Shown: positions 38,252 to 54,595, counted from the stretch's first letter. The stretch is DNA of 64,000 nt from Eledone cirrhosa (GCA_964016885.1 OZ024741.1:325624001-325688000), one strand, 5' to 3'. Notes: generated by a model from the sequence alone, not told the origin. Numbers and translations are program-made.

Positions 38252-40544
38252 TATATGAAAAAAAGTTAAGTTTTTGTCAAATTATATTTTTATAGAACGT
38301 GGTATAGGCTGGATCAAAGGTCACTACCTATTAAAAAAAATTCTTAATTGTTTTTATTATGAAAGATATATATTTTTGACTTTCAGACTAATGTTGAATT
38401 AAAACAATATTGAATTATGAAATTTAATTTAAAGATAAAAAAATGTTAGTTTTGAGTTAATTTGTAATGTTTTATTAATAAAAATAGGTAAGAAGTGACT
38501 TTTGGCTCACCCTGTACTTATATAAATACTATACTATTATAAATATTGTGCAATAAACGCTCACCAGATAAAGCATTTATGTCAGTATTACCTGCAATGT
38601 ACGTCCTAAACATTAGATTATTAAGGGTGAATAGAACGTATTTTGTAATAAATATCAATACTATGTATATGTATGGCTTTTCAATTGCTCTTTCATTTCT
38701 CGTTGAAACATTTTTATATATCATTGACTAGCTCACGGTAAAATATCTCGAACTCATGTTCAACTTGGAAATCTCTCATTTATTATTTTTCAGAGAGAAA
38801 GTTAAGTGTTACTCCAGTTAATCTTAAACAACTTACGATATATTTTCATTCTCTATATAGACGAAAATGGGTGAATAAACAAAAGTGTAGAAGAAGCCGA
38901 TTTTTGCCGTACAGCTGTGGTTACGACGTTGGAATTAATATTCAATGTGATATTCTGGTGCAGGTTCGAATTCTGTCAGTTGCCTTCGTTAAAGGTTTTC
39001 CAGTAGATATTATTTTTCATGTGATATTTTTCCTTTCGTAACATCATGAATATTTTTGTTGCTACATTTTCAGTGACTTAACATTGTCACCATAATACCA
39101 CACACAACAATATTTGATTATAGTATCTGTTATCTTACTGTTATAGACGGAGTTCCTTTTCCTAATGTATATCACATAAACATGTGTATTTTATTCTCTT
39201 TTCTCCACATGTTAAATTGAGAGATATGTCTATGTTTAGGGGAGAGTTTGTTTGGTATTAATACTGTTGTGTAATAAGGAGTGAAGGTAAAGAGGGGGAA
39301 ATCTATTATATCGACACCAGTTCATTACTTGTACTTTATTTTAACAAGCCAGTTAAGATGAAAGGCAAAGTTAACCTCGGTGACATTAGAACTCAGAACG
39401 TGAAGGGACGTAGCTATATGCTGCATAGCATGTTGTCCAGAATATACTGACACTGCCAATACATCGCCCCTATATGTATATAAACGTTTATATTTGTGTG
39501 ACATTTAATAAAAAGATATATAAACCAACCTCTTAAACATTGTCATTGAAACTGATAGAACGTCATACGGGGTCGATAAAATAAAGTACCAGTAATGTAC
39601 TGGGTAATTGCTGGCCTTGTGCCAATAGTAGAAACAATTATTTTGAAATAAATATTCATTAAGAAGATATATAGGTATTGTTTCTCGCTTGATTTTCTAT
39701 TTCCCGTTGAAAAATCTTTATACACCATGGATAAATTGACAGAAACAAATCTAAGTCATCCACAACTTTGAAATCTTGCTCTTATTCCCCTCTCAGAATG
39801 AAGCTAAAGGATACTCAAGTTGATGTTAAACAATCTACGATATTTGTTTTTATCAAAATCAAATGAAAATGATTACACCGTTCTCTAAAAGTACGAGAAT
39901 GGATGAATAAATAAAAGTATTGATCAAGATAGCATAGACCAACAGTTGTGGTGGCTTAGTGGTTAAGGTGTTGGACTTCAAATACAGTGGTATATTCGCT
40001 CACAGATTCGAATCCTGTCCGCAGCGTTCGTTAATGGTTTTTCTTTAGAGATTAGCTTTCAACTGACATTTTTACTTTTGAAAATCATTATTGTTACATT
40101 TTTTGTGACTTTATATTGTTCGATTTAAAATATTTTGTATCACCATAATAATGTTTAAGGAAGTTGGACTCAAAATCCAATGGAATATTTGTGCTATGTT
40201 CGAAACCTGATCGCAGCGCTTAATTTGGGGTATTCTTTTTCAGTTATTTTTAATTTACATTTGTTTTATTTGTTAAGTTTCTGGTCCCATTAGATTGTTC
40301 AATTAACAATATTTCGTATCGCCATATGGATTTCTCGTTTTTACTAATGTATATCACATAAATATGTGTCTGTTATTCTCTTTTTCCCCCACTTGCTACA
40401 TTGAGTGATATGTTTATGTTGGGTATTAATATTGTTGGTGAATTCAAAGTATTCTATAATATAGTGAACCATCTAACATGAAATAAGCAAAATATTCGTG
40501 CTTATCTAACGTAAAAAACCCAACTGAGTAAACAGGTATTTAAA

Positions 40545-40626
40545 CGCTGTAAACAGGATTCGAACCTGTGCGGGAATATCCCATTGGATTTCGAGTCCAA
40601 CGCCTTAACCACTCGGCCATTACAGC
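40545..40626 (-). tRNA. tRNA-Ser-CGA: tRNA-Ser(CGA), intact
   Basis: Identical array copy. Confidence 0.95.
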
Positions 40627-42519
40627 TATATGAAAAAAAGTTAAGTTTTTGTCAAATTATATTTTTATAGAACGTGGTATAAGCTGGATCAAAGGTCACT
40701 ACCTATTAAAAAAAATTCTTAATTGTTTTTATTATGAAAGATATATATTTTTGACTTTCAGACTAATGTTGAATTAAAACAATATTGAATTATGAAATTT
40801 AATTTAAAGATAAAAAATGTTAGTTTTGAGTTAATTTGTAATGTTTTATTAATAAAAATAGGTAAGAAGTGACTTTTGGCTCACCCTGTACTTATATAAA
40901 TACTATACTATTATAAATATTGTGCAATAAACGCTCACCAGATAAAGCATTTATGTCAGTATTACCTGCAATGTACGTCCTAAACATTAGATTATTAAGG
41001 GTGAATAGAACGTATTTTGTAATAAATATCAATACTATGTATATGTATGGCTTTTCAATTGCTCTTTCATTTCTCGTTGAAACATTTTTATATATCATTG
41101 ACTAGCTCACGGTAAAATATCTCGAACTCATGTTCAACTTGGAAATCTCTCATTTATTATTTTTCAGAGAGAAAGTTAAGTGTTACTCCAGTTAATCTTA
41201 AACAACTTACGATATATTTTCATTCTCTATATAGACGAAAATGGGTGAATAAACAAAAGTGTAGAAGAAGCCGATTTTTGCCGTACAGCTGTGGTTACGA
41301 CGTTGGAATTAATATTCAATGTGATATTCTGGTGCAGGTTCGAATTCTGTCAGTTGCCTTCGTTAAAGGTTTTCCAGTAGATATTATTTTTCATGTGATA
41401 TTTTTCCTTTCGTAACATCATGAATATTTTTGTTGCTACATTTTCAGTGACTTAACATTGTCACCATAATACCACACACAACAATATTTGATTATAGTAT
41501 CTGTTATCTTACTGTTATAGACGGAGTTCCTTTTCCTAATGTATATCACATAAACATGTGTATTTTATTCTCGTTTCTCCCCATGTTAAATTGAGAGATA
41601 TGTTTATGTTTAGGGGAGAGTTTGTTTGGTATTAATACTGTTGTGTAATAAGGAGTGAAGGTAAAGAGGGGAAATCTATTATATCGACACCAGTTCATTA
41701 CTTGTACTTTATTTTAACAAGCCAGTTAAGATGAAAGGCAAAGTTAACCTCGGTGACATTAGAACTCAGAACGTGAAGGGACGTAACTATATGCTGCATA
41801 GCATGTTGTCCAGAATATACTGACACTGCCAATACATGGCCCCTATATGTATATAAACGTTTATATTTGTGTGACATTTAATAAAAAGATATATAAGCCA
41901 ACCTCTTAAACATTGTCATTGAAACTGATAGAACGTCATACGGGGTCGATAAAATAAAGTACTACGGGGTCGATAAAATAAAGTACCAGTAATGTACTGG
42001 GTAATTGCTGGCCTTGTGCCAATAGTAGAAACAATTATTTTGAAATAAATATTCATTAAGAAGATATATAGGTATTGTTTCTCGCTAGATTTTTTATTTC
42101 CCGTTGAAAAATCTTTATACACCATGGATAAATTGACAGAAACAAATCTAAGTCATCCACAACTTTGAAATCTTGCTCTTATTCCCCTCTCAGAATGAAG
42201 CTAAAGGATACTCAAGTTGATGTTAAACAATCTACGATATTTGTTTTTATCAAAATCAAATGAAAATGATTACACCGTTCTCTAAAAGTACGAGAATGGA
42301 TGAATAAATAAAAGTATTGATCAAGATAGCATAGACCAACAGTTGTGGTGGCTTAGTGGTTAAGATGTTGGACTTCAAATACAGTGGTATATTCGCTCAC
42401 AGATTCGAATCCTGTCCGCAGCGTTCGTTAATTGTTTTTCTTTAGAGATTATTTTTCAACTGGTATTTTTACAATCATGAATATTTTTTGTGACTTTATA
42501 TTGTTCCATCACCAATAAT

Positions 42520-42807
42520 AATTGTTTCTACTTTTGGTAGCAATTAAATCAGTGTATTACTGGTACTTCATTTTATCGGCCCGTAAGGATGAATGGCAAA
42601 GTTAACATCGGCGGGATAATAATTGTTTCTACTTTAAGCACAAGGCCAGCAATTACTCAGTACCTTACTGGTACTTTATTTTATCGACCCGTAAAGATGA
42701 AAGGCAAAGTTAACCTCGGCGGGATTTGAACTCAGAATGACAAGGGCCGTAACTCTATGCGTCAAAGCATGGCGTCCGACCCTCTACCGATACTGCCAAA
42801 TCACCGG
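42520..42807 (-). mobile_element. Nested SINE family A copies (partial copy plus full copy at ~42620-42807)
   Basis: Two SINE tails; catcggcgggataataat is repeated on both sides of the second copy (TSD-like). Confidence 0.82.
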
Positions 42808-43235
42808 CCTCATCGGCGGGATAATAATATTTGATTTTAAGAGCTCTTGTGTTACGGAGATAGTTGATAGTGACACTGTTTCTTTTTTCTGAATGTATTT
42901 CACATAGATATGTGTCTCTTTTCCCCACATATTAAATTGAATGATATGTTTATGTTTTGGGGAGAGTTTGTTGGGTATTAATATTGTTGTCACATTAATA
43001 TTAATATTGTTGGTGAAGAAGTCACAATAGGACACATATCGCAATAATCTACATTGAGAGAAAGAGAACACTGTCTATATCATTAACAAAAGTAAACACG
43101 CTCTTAAAGATATATAGTTACAATATTGAACCATGTAATATGAAATAATCAAAATATTCTAGATAACCGGATGGCTGAAACAGGTAAAAGAGTAAAAGAG
43201 TAACTAAAATGTAAAATTGAGAACGCGTAATTAAG

Positions 43236-43318
43236 CGCTGCCGACAGGATTTGAACATATGCGGGGAAAAACCCATTGGATTTCAAGGACAGCACATTAA
43301 CCAGTTGGTCATCTCAGT
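43236..43318 (-). pseudogene. tRNA-Ser pseudogene
   Basis: Degenerate homologue, TGA at the anticodon position. Confidence 0.72.
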
Positions 43319-43749
43319 TACATGATAATGCCGTCGTTTTTGACAATATTTTATTCTTATGAAATGTAGTATTTAAAATATTTTAACAATCGGGAAAAAG
43401 ATTTAAGCAGAAAAAACACTTATATGAATATTACTCACCTGTTATATATGCTGTAAACACTGGGTTATTAAGGGTGAATTAAATATAAGTAAACACTTAT
43501 GGGTATACAAATGAAAACATCTGTGTGATATTTAATGTACTGATATATAAACCAACGTCTTGAACACAGCGTCAATATAGCTGATACAACGTGATTATTT
43601 TGTAATAAATATTTATTAATAAGATATATATGTATTGTTTCCCGAATGTTCTTCTATTTCTTACAATGCCATACATAATAATATTTGATTTTATATGCTC
43701 TTGTGTTGGTGATATAGACGGAGTTCCCATTTCCTTAATTTAAAGGACT

Positions 43750-44480
43750 TCTCAGATCTCTGCAGAATGACACTTTTCAGATGTTCATAAAGTGTTTCTG
43801 AAGAGAGATATGTGGGAATGCTCGCATCTTCAAGCCTCAACTGAAGGGCTGCCTGGAAGTCAACTTTCACTTCAGCTGATTGGAAACTGCTAAACTTGAA
43901 AGTTTTCCTGGGGGCTCCTTATTTTGATTTGAGTTTTAAATGGATCTTCAGTTTGCGTAAGAGACGATGTTGTGTGACATTCCGCACTGGGCATCACTCT
44001 AGTATGCAAAACGTCTTTCCGGTCACACCGATGCACTAGGATATAATCAATGAGGTGTCAATGTTTGGAACGAGGATGCATTCATGTTGTTATCAAACTG
44101 TCCGTCTGCAGGACGGTAGAGCCCGTGATGACGAATTGAAGTTCAGCGTAGATCTCCAACTGTAAGCATCCTTTGTCATTGCAGTTACCAAGCACTCCGC
44201 TGCCCAGGTTACAGAATCTCGGCCTACTCTAGCATTGAAATCGTCAAGGATTATGACCTTGTTGTCCACACGGATGTCTTGGCGGAGACTGAAGATTAGA
44301 GTAAAACTTGTTCTTTTCCGCATGATCTGCTTGAAGTGTAGGGGAGTGTACACTGAAGAGTGTGGCATATTATTGATTATTCAATGGGAGGTGGATAGAG
44401 ATGATGCGGTCAGAATGACCTGTTGGCAGGTTTTCAAGCTTGGAAGCGATAGAATTCGTGACTAAGAAGCCCTCTCCTGA
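43750..44480 (-). mobile_element. RTE-clade LINE fragment (APE endonuclease region), decayed
   Basis: KVIILDDFNARVGRD..TW and HPRSKH.HLIDYILV motifs with stops and frameshifts. Confidence 0.82.
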
Positions 44481-44821
44481 AATATATAAGGTAGCGTTAG
44501 TGTATTTGACAACATTGTATTTTTATAGAACATGGTAGTTAAAATATTTTAACTATCGTGGAAACCTCACCAGTAAAAGCGTTTATGTGAATACTATTCA
44601 CCTTGTATATACGTCCTAAGCATCTATATATACCATTGACTAGCTCACGGTAAAATATCTCGAACTCATGTTCAACTTGGAAATCTCTCATTTATTATTT
44701 TTCAGAGAAAAGTTAAGTGTTATTCCAGTTAATCTTAAACAACTTACGATATATTTTCCTTCTCTATATGGACGAAAATGGGTGAATAAATGAAAGTGTT
44801 GAAGAAGATTTTTGCCGTACA

Positions 44822-44903
44822 GCTGTGGTGGACGAGTGGTTAAGACGTTGGAATTAATTTTCAATGTGATATTCTGGTGCAGGTTCGAATTCTGTTAGTT
44901 GCC
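44822..44903 (+). pseudogene. tRNA-Ser pseudogene
   Basis: Same lineage as 24202. Confidence 0.78.
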
Positions 44904-45345
44904 TTCGTTAAAGGTTTTCCAGTAGATATAATTTTTCATGTGATATTTTTACTTTCGTAACATCATGAATATTTTTGTTGCTACATTTTCGGCGACTTTA
45001 CATTGTCACCATACTACCAAACATAATAATTGTATATTATAATTTCTGTTTTCTTACTGATATAGACGGAGATCCTTTTACTTAATGTATATATTCTCTT
45101 TTTCCCACATGCTAAATTGAGATATGTCTATGTTTAGGGGAGAGTTTGTTGGGAATTAATATTGTTGGTGTAATAGGACACATATCGCAATAGGACACGT
45201 ATCTCAATGATCTACATTGAGAGATAGGGAACACTGTATATATCAAAGATATTATGCTAATACGAATGATTCTATATGGAACCATCTAATATGAAATAAT
45301 GAAAGTATTTGTGTTTATCTAATGTAAAAAATTCAATTGAGAAAG

Positions 45346-45427
45346 CGCTGCGAACAGAATTCGATGCTATATGCGAATATTCCATTTGATTTCGAGTCCA
45401 ATGACTTACCTACACGGCCACCAAGGC
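45346..45427 (-). pseudogene. tRNA-Ser(CGA) pseudogene, highly decayed
   Basis: ttggactcgaaatcaaatgg on the minus strand; cluster-type flanks. Confidence 0.72.
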
Positions 45428-46121
45428 AACCTGATAACCTCGGTTTTGTCTTTGCCAATCTAGTATTTTTATAAAATGCACGATTTATAATATTTTAAAA
45501 AACAAGATAACTTATTTCACAGAAAAAAAAAAAATTCTTTTTCTACCTACACCGTTAAAACGTTATTAATTTGTGAATTAAATAAAAATAACGTTTCTAG
45601 CAAGTCATAGGTTTTGACAATGTGGTATTTTATAAAATGTGGTATTTATAATATTTTAAAAATCGTGAAAAACTCAAGATAAAAAGCACTCATGTGTTAT
45701 ATAAGCTTTAAATATAATGGTGAATTAAATAAAAATAACACTTGTGGGTATATAAAGGGTAATATTTCTATGATCCTTGAACTGATATATAAATCAACGT
45801 CTTCAACAGTACGTTAATGTAGCTGATATAACGTAATTATTTTGTAATATTTATTAATAAGATATATATATGTATTATTTCCCGAATGTTCTATTTCTCA
45901 TTGAAAAACCTCTACACATCGTGGACAACTTCACATGAAAATAGCTCAAATCATCTGCAACTTTGAAATCTCACACTTATTATTTTTCAGAGGGAAACTA
46001 AATGGTACTTCAATTAATATTTAACAATCTACGATATTGTTTCATTCAAATTGAATTCGAATTATTATGTGCGAGAATGTCTGAATAAAAAACGTGTTGA
46101 GCAATATGTATAGGATGCGCA

Positions 46122-46203
46122 GCCGTGGTAGCTGAGTGGTTAAGACGTTGGACTTGAAATGTTGTGGGCTTTTCCTGCGAAGTTTTGAATTGTGTCTGCA
46201 ATT
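46122..46203 (+). pseudogene. tRNA-Ser(TGA) pseudogene, last of the cluster
   Basis: gccgtggtagctgagtggttaagacgttggacttgaaat; 3' half decayed. Confidence 0.72.
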
Positions 46204-46524
46204 TTCGTTAAATATTTTTCTGTAGACATTAGTTTTCAAGTGATATCTTGACATCATAATATTTCATTTTATGTGCTATTGTGTTACTGATATCATTGGA
46301 GTTTCCACACACACACACACAAATATATATATGTGTCGAGGTCCGTATCAATAACAGTGCTTGATAACTTACCGAATTGAGAAATATTGAAAAATAATTC
46401 GCATGTTGAAAATATTCCTGTGTATAACGCAAAAAATAACACCCTAATCGAACTTAACTACACAGACATTTCTGCGTCCACGTATATTATGTATACGTAC
46501 ACACACACACACACACACATACAC

Positions 46525-46597
<73 letters not shown>

Positions 46598-47212
46598 ATA
46601 GGATTGATGTGTAGTTGCTAGTTAAGGTAGCTTAAAATGGAGTGAGAATAAGACGAAAGCAAGAACGTGGGGCGGGGAGGGGTCCTCATCAGTTGTCAAC
46701 TGGGGATCTCGGATATTTCCACGCTTTAAAGACAAGATATCTATCGCCCAGAGCGTTCAATACACACACACACGCGCGCGCGCGCGCATATATATAGATA
46801 GTTGTGTAGTTCTTTTTAGTGCGTGCAGTTCAGGGCAAGGTAAGAAGGATGAGCTATAAATAACCTAAAGGAAGAAGTTCGAATAAAATAAAATATAATA
46901 CAATAAACGAGATAAAGCGTGTTTAAAAACGATATACGCAACCTTCTATGCCATGCAAACATGTTGTTTGAGATACACCAAGGCATTATATACATACATA
47001 CTTAAATGCACATACATAAGGATAACATTATATTAGTTTAACGCTTGATATAGTTATATAGTTGGAACTCTTAACGATTTGGACACGAGTCTTTCACCAG
47101 GCGATAGAATTAAAAAACCCATTTAAAAAAACAAAACGTGCCTTTTCAGTTATATATATATGTGTGTTTGTGTGTGTGCATGTGTGTGTGTGCATGTGTG
47201 TGTGAGTGTGTG

Positions 47213-47272
<60 letters not shown>

Positions 47273-47312
47273 GTGTGTGTGCGTGTGTGTTTGTATATAT
47301 ATATATATAGAG

Positions 47313-47822
47313 AGAGAAGAAAGGTGAAGTTGGAAATAGCACGGAAAATATATTTTAGGGTCTGTTTTTCTTTTTTCTCCTTTCTTTGTTTCGTCAAAAT
47401 GGCATTATTGAAAAAATGAGAGGGACAAGTCTTTTAAAAAAGAGTTTTGTAGTGTATATACAGTATATAAAGTATTACCGGTTTCGATGCATTATTAAAA
47501 TTCATCTTATCAAAAGAATTAAAAACTAAAAATTAAAGATTCGAAATTAAGTGTTGAGGTAAGTTTTTGTCATCTTCCTTGCTGAGAAGATGAAAAAAAA
47601 ACACCCCAAAATTTTAGATATTTAATTTAATGAATTTTAATAACACATCGAAACCGGTAATACTTTATATACTTTATATACACTATAAAACTCTTTTTTA
47701 AAAGAATTGTCACTCTCTCATTTTTTCAATAATGTCACTTTGACGAAACAAAGAAAGGAAAACAGAAAAACAGACCCAAAAATATATTTTCCGTGCTATT
47801 TCCAGCTTCACCTTTTCTCTAT
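47313..47822. mobile_element. Non-autonomous foldback element/MITE with ~190-bp inverted arms
   Basis: 47313-47505 is an imperfect reverse complement of 47630-47820; lies between microsatellites. Confidence 0.82.
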
Positions 47823-47857
47823 AACCACTGTTTTGTATAGAATCTTACTTCCCTTTT

Positions 47858-47933
<76 letters not shown>

Positions 47934-48904
47934 ATATAAATTATCAAAATGTTTCATGTTATATTAGAAAACATAATCGAGTTGAGCTTCCAGCTCACTG
48001 GTGAAATTTTATAAGTTTATTCTTCACAGAGCAAGATGCTCTTTCAATATTTTACTAAATATGGACATATCAGGTTAAACATATATAAGAAATATGAAGA
48101 CGAAAACAAGGAAAATAATCTTTGTTTAATACCATAATTTGAGGAATTAAATCATCCCGCAATATTTTCCTCAGGACATACATTCTACATTTAAATTTAT
48201 TTCCAGTCCATACACAGCCAACTAATTAATCAACCAAGCAATTTTACTTCACAAACTCTGACACCAGACTGTTGTTTCTCATACGCTTTCTAGATTAGTG
48301 TCACCTCGCAGAAAAGAAAACAGTGTATCACACACGGTAGAACTATTCAGTCATGTTGTAGTAGTTGTAGTAATTTAAAATTGCTGTGTTTTGAAAAAGA
48401 TTTTCGTTAGCTTAGTAGTATTGGGTTCGAATCTCACCTCTACAGTAATGGACATGGTACACGATAGAAGTGCTAATTACGTGGTCCTCCTTTCAAATAG
48501 ATCATGTTTAAATATTAGATTAAACACAAATGAATAGATGCTGTAATACGCCTGCTGTGGCTGTGTTTAGCTTTGTTGATGTTCCTTGTTTCAGCCACAG
48601 GTCTTCGTGTAGTTGTTCTTGCTATTACAACAACGATGACACCATGATCATCATCATCACCCCCCCCCTCCTCCGAATAAAAACAAAAATCAGCAAAAAC
48701 AGCAACAACAACAACGACAACAACACTTACTACAAAAAGCAATAACATAGATTATATATTAAAGTATTTCACACCCGAAAAGAGCGGCAATAATATAAAC
48801 ATGCTGAAAGAATGAGGGATCCTGTATGTGGTCACTTGACCTGCTCGCTAGAAATAGAAGCCAAATCTCCCTTACACCACAAACTGTCATTAAAACTCAT
48901 AGTA

Positions 48905-49270
48905 ATAATGGCTTCTGATTTAGACACAAGACCAACAATTTTCGGAAGGGGGAAAGTTGATTAAATCGACCCGGTGCGTTACAAGTACTTTATTCTACCG
49001 ACCCCGTAAGCGGAATTTGAACTCAGAACGTAAAGGGCCGTAACTATTTGCTGTAAAGCATGTTGTCTGACGTGCTATCGAATAATAATAATTGTTTCTA
49101 CATTTGGCACAAGGCCAGCAATTATCCCAGTGAAATACTGGTGGTTTATTTTATCGACCGCGTAGGGATGAAAGGCAAAGTTAACCTTGGCGGGATTTGA
49201 ACTCAGAACATAAAGGGCCACAACTCTATGCTGCGTTCGACGCTCTACCGATACTGCCAATCCACCGCCC
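48905..49270 (-). mobile_element. Two tandem SINE family A-related copies
   Basis: Reverse-complement matches at ~48905-49077 and ~49090-49270. Confidence 0.82.
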
Positions 49271-49419
49271 CAATATGTCAACTAGGAAAACTTCTTATAG
49301 GAAGAGACTGCATATTAGGGTAATTCCAGGAAAATGCTCACAGAAAATGAATTGATTGTTATCTAACGTTTAGCGTGTATATTACCTTCTAATTATGAGA
49401 ATTTTAATCTCCAAACCTT

Positions 49420-49560
49420 CGCACATAGTCAAGTGGTTAATGTGTTGAGCTCACAATCATAAGGTTGTAGGTTCGATCTCTAGAGTGGGTGGTGAGTTGT
49501 CTCTTTAAGCAAGGCACTTCATTTTACGTTGCTCCATTTAACTCTGCTGGAAATAAGCAC
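49420..49560 (+). mobile_element. tRNA-derived SINE with CORE-like segment, decayed
   Basis: tagtcaagtggttaa A box, ggttcgatc B box, then ttaagcaaggcacttcatt. Confidence 0.6.
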
Positions 49561-49787
49561 TGGCGACTGATGGAAGGGGGGTTACCTGTGTGACGAACTG
49601 GACTCTGGTCTAATGGACTGATTGTATTATCAGTCACTTAACGCAGATGGGACTGAAACAAAATCTGGGTTTCCTCCAAGCCGTGTAAAGAATGGAAAAA
49701 AACGGACGTAAACAAGATAGCTAACACAATAAGCAAACTGACCGAGAAAGAATTCTTGGAAGTTCTAACTTAACTAGGGTAACACTG

Positions 49788-52448
<2,661 letters not shown>

Positions 52449-52696
52449 TATCTATCTCTGCTGGGATGGACACGTGTTAAACTTGCTCGGTAAATTTTGT
52501 TTAAAATTCCTTAGAAATTCGTCATTGTGAACTTTTAATTTTATACCAATTTGTAGAGAGATTGACAGGTCAAATTTTGATCTGGTCAGCCCCCCAAAAT
52601 ATCGTGCCCCTCAGGGCAAAAAACATCCAAAATATCTTCGAAAATATTTTTGAAAAACTTTCATTTTAAAAAAAAAAGGCCGAAGCACCTACTTCT

Positions 52697-54595
52697 ATGT
52701 CAAAACAAGAAGATGGGAAGGGAAAGCCATGCCTACTTGACCAGCAGGTAGTAGCAGACATGGACAAAGGAAGGCCAACATCACCGCCTCAACATTTAGA
52801 AGAGGAACAAGCTTCAGCTGCTTGTAAGCAACTGAACACGCCTGACGTCACAAATGTCACATGTATCCACACACAGAAAGAAATATATGTAGCAAATACT
52901 TCTTTTCATAAAGAAATAGAAATTCACACAACAAAAAATGAAAATAACAGCCCACAACAGACACCAAAAAATACAGAAAATGAAAAAATTGAAAACACAT
53001 CCAACAATACCAATCAAAAGAAAAAAAATGTCAACACAAACACCAAAGAAAATACAAACAACAGTGACACCAACAACAAGAGAGACAACAACAGCAACAT
53101 TTATTTTGCTGATACCGTAAAAAAAACGGAAATATTTCAACTTTTGGATTTAACCAACGCGAAACAAAAGTTGGAAGAAGCTAAACAATATGTGACTTTT
53201 GGACCCAATGGGTCATTTAGCATAAATTCACCACAAGAACTAAGAAGAGAGAATGCCCTGAACACGGTGGTTTTCAGGACAATCTCAAATGCATAAAAAA
53301 AACCCAGCTCAACTATCTCAGAGTGAGATTGAGCTAGTTTTAAGGAACTACATGGATAACATTTTATTCATTCAGAAAGCCAAACTTTTCGGCAGCATCT
53401 CGGTGCTGATGAAAGACAACATAACAGCACAAAAATATTCCATCGTGCCCATTGTGTCGACCCATTTTACATTTTTCCCTACATACATGGGAAAAAGAAC
53501 GCAAATATTAAAAATTACATGCATAAGACTCAAAGTAGATATTTGGTGGATACTTTATGGCCTAATTGACTTTGAACAAGACATTTTGATCTCAGTAGGA
53601 AAATCCTGCAGAGATATATTTAGTGGGACTAACGTCGAAATTCTGGTGCAGATGAGCCCAGAACGTATAATGAAAATCCCAGAAAGAGTACCTCTGGATG
53701 GAGAGACCTACATAAACATTTCGGTTGAGGGTAGGCGGCCCGCATGTTACAACTGCGCAAGCAGAGGTCACATAAGGGCTGCCTGTCCTCAATTGACAAA
53801 AAGAAAACCACTTTTACCAACACCACAAATAACAACACAACCACCACTACCACCACCACGACAACAAGTAAAAAACAGAGAGCACTATCCCACCCAACAC
53901 CTCCCAACCCAAAACAAATACGAAAACACACACAGACACTAAAGAACCCCCAAACATACGCCTACCCATCAACACGGATGAGGAACCCCTATCGACGGCA
54001 CCCAGAGGCGATGAGGAGGAACCCTTCCAACCCGTGAAAAGAAAAAAAAGAAAGCACCGCATGAACAAAAACGAAACAAACACACAAACACCAGCACAAA
54101 CAGCACAAACAAAAGTACCCCCCGCCCGAAAACGAAACACCCACAACAAAGAGAAAACACACGCAGGAACCACAGACAAAAACAAACACAACACAGGAAA
54201 AGTACACATACACCTACATAAACGAAGAAAATAGAACACTGATGGAGACCATCAGAAACAACCCTTTGGTCAAAACAGTAGGGAAAACTTTGGATAGCTC
54301 TAACAAAAACAAAAAAAACCTAAAACTGATCAGGATCCCTATAGGAACTTATAGATCCCTAAAAGAAACATTTGTAGAGGACGTGGGGAATTCCTGCGTG
54401 AAACCAATCAACCGCATCCTCTTCAAAGACCTCCCCACCACAGGCAACCCCACCCAAGTCATCCCCATCCCACCATACACTCCCACCCCACCAAACACCT
54501 CCGTCCCCACCCCGCCAGAAACCACCACCCCAAACATACCCTTCAACACCCCCATTGAAATTGTGCAGCCTGGTCCCCAGGAGACGAAGAGGTGA
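52697..54595 (+). pseudogene. ORF1 of copy B (gag-like, zinc knuckle), frameshifted
   Basis: CYNCASRGHIRAAC (CX2CX4HX4C); aligns with copy C ORF1 pieces. Confidence 0.85.

Larger units (their letters stand above)
29500..42500. repeat. Tandem array of a 2375-bp unit (~5.5 copies). Each unit: one intact tRNA-Ser(CGA), three tRNA-Ser pseudogenes/fragments, two SINE fragments
   Basis: ORF-track peptides and tRNA positions recur at an exact 2375-bp period (30043, 32418, 34793, 37168, 39543; 31045, 33420, 35795, 38170, 40545). Edges approximate. Confidence 0.97.

Noticed and set aside
30043-42125. Repeated 61-69 aa ORFs as a tandem peptide gene family
   Set aside because: They overlap SINE fragments and AT-rich spacer, and recur only because the DNA unit is duplicated.
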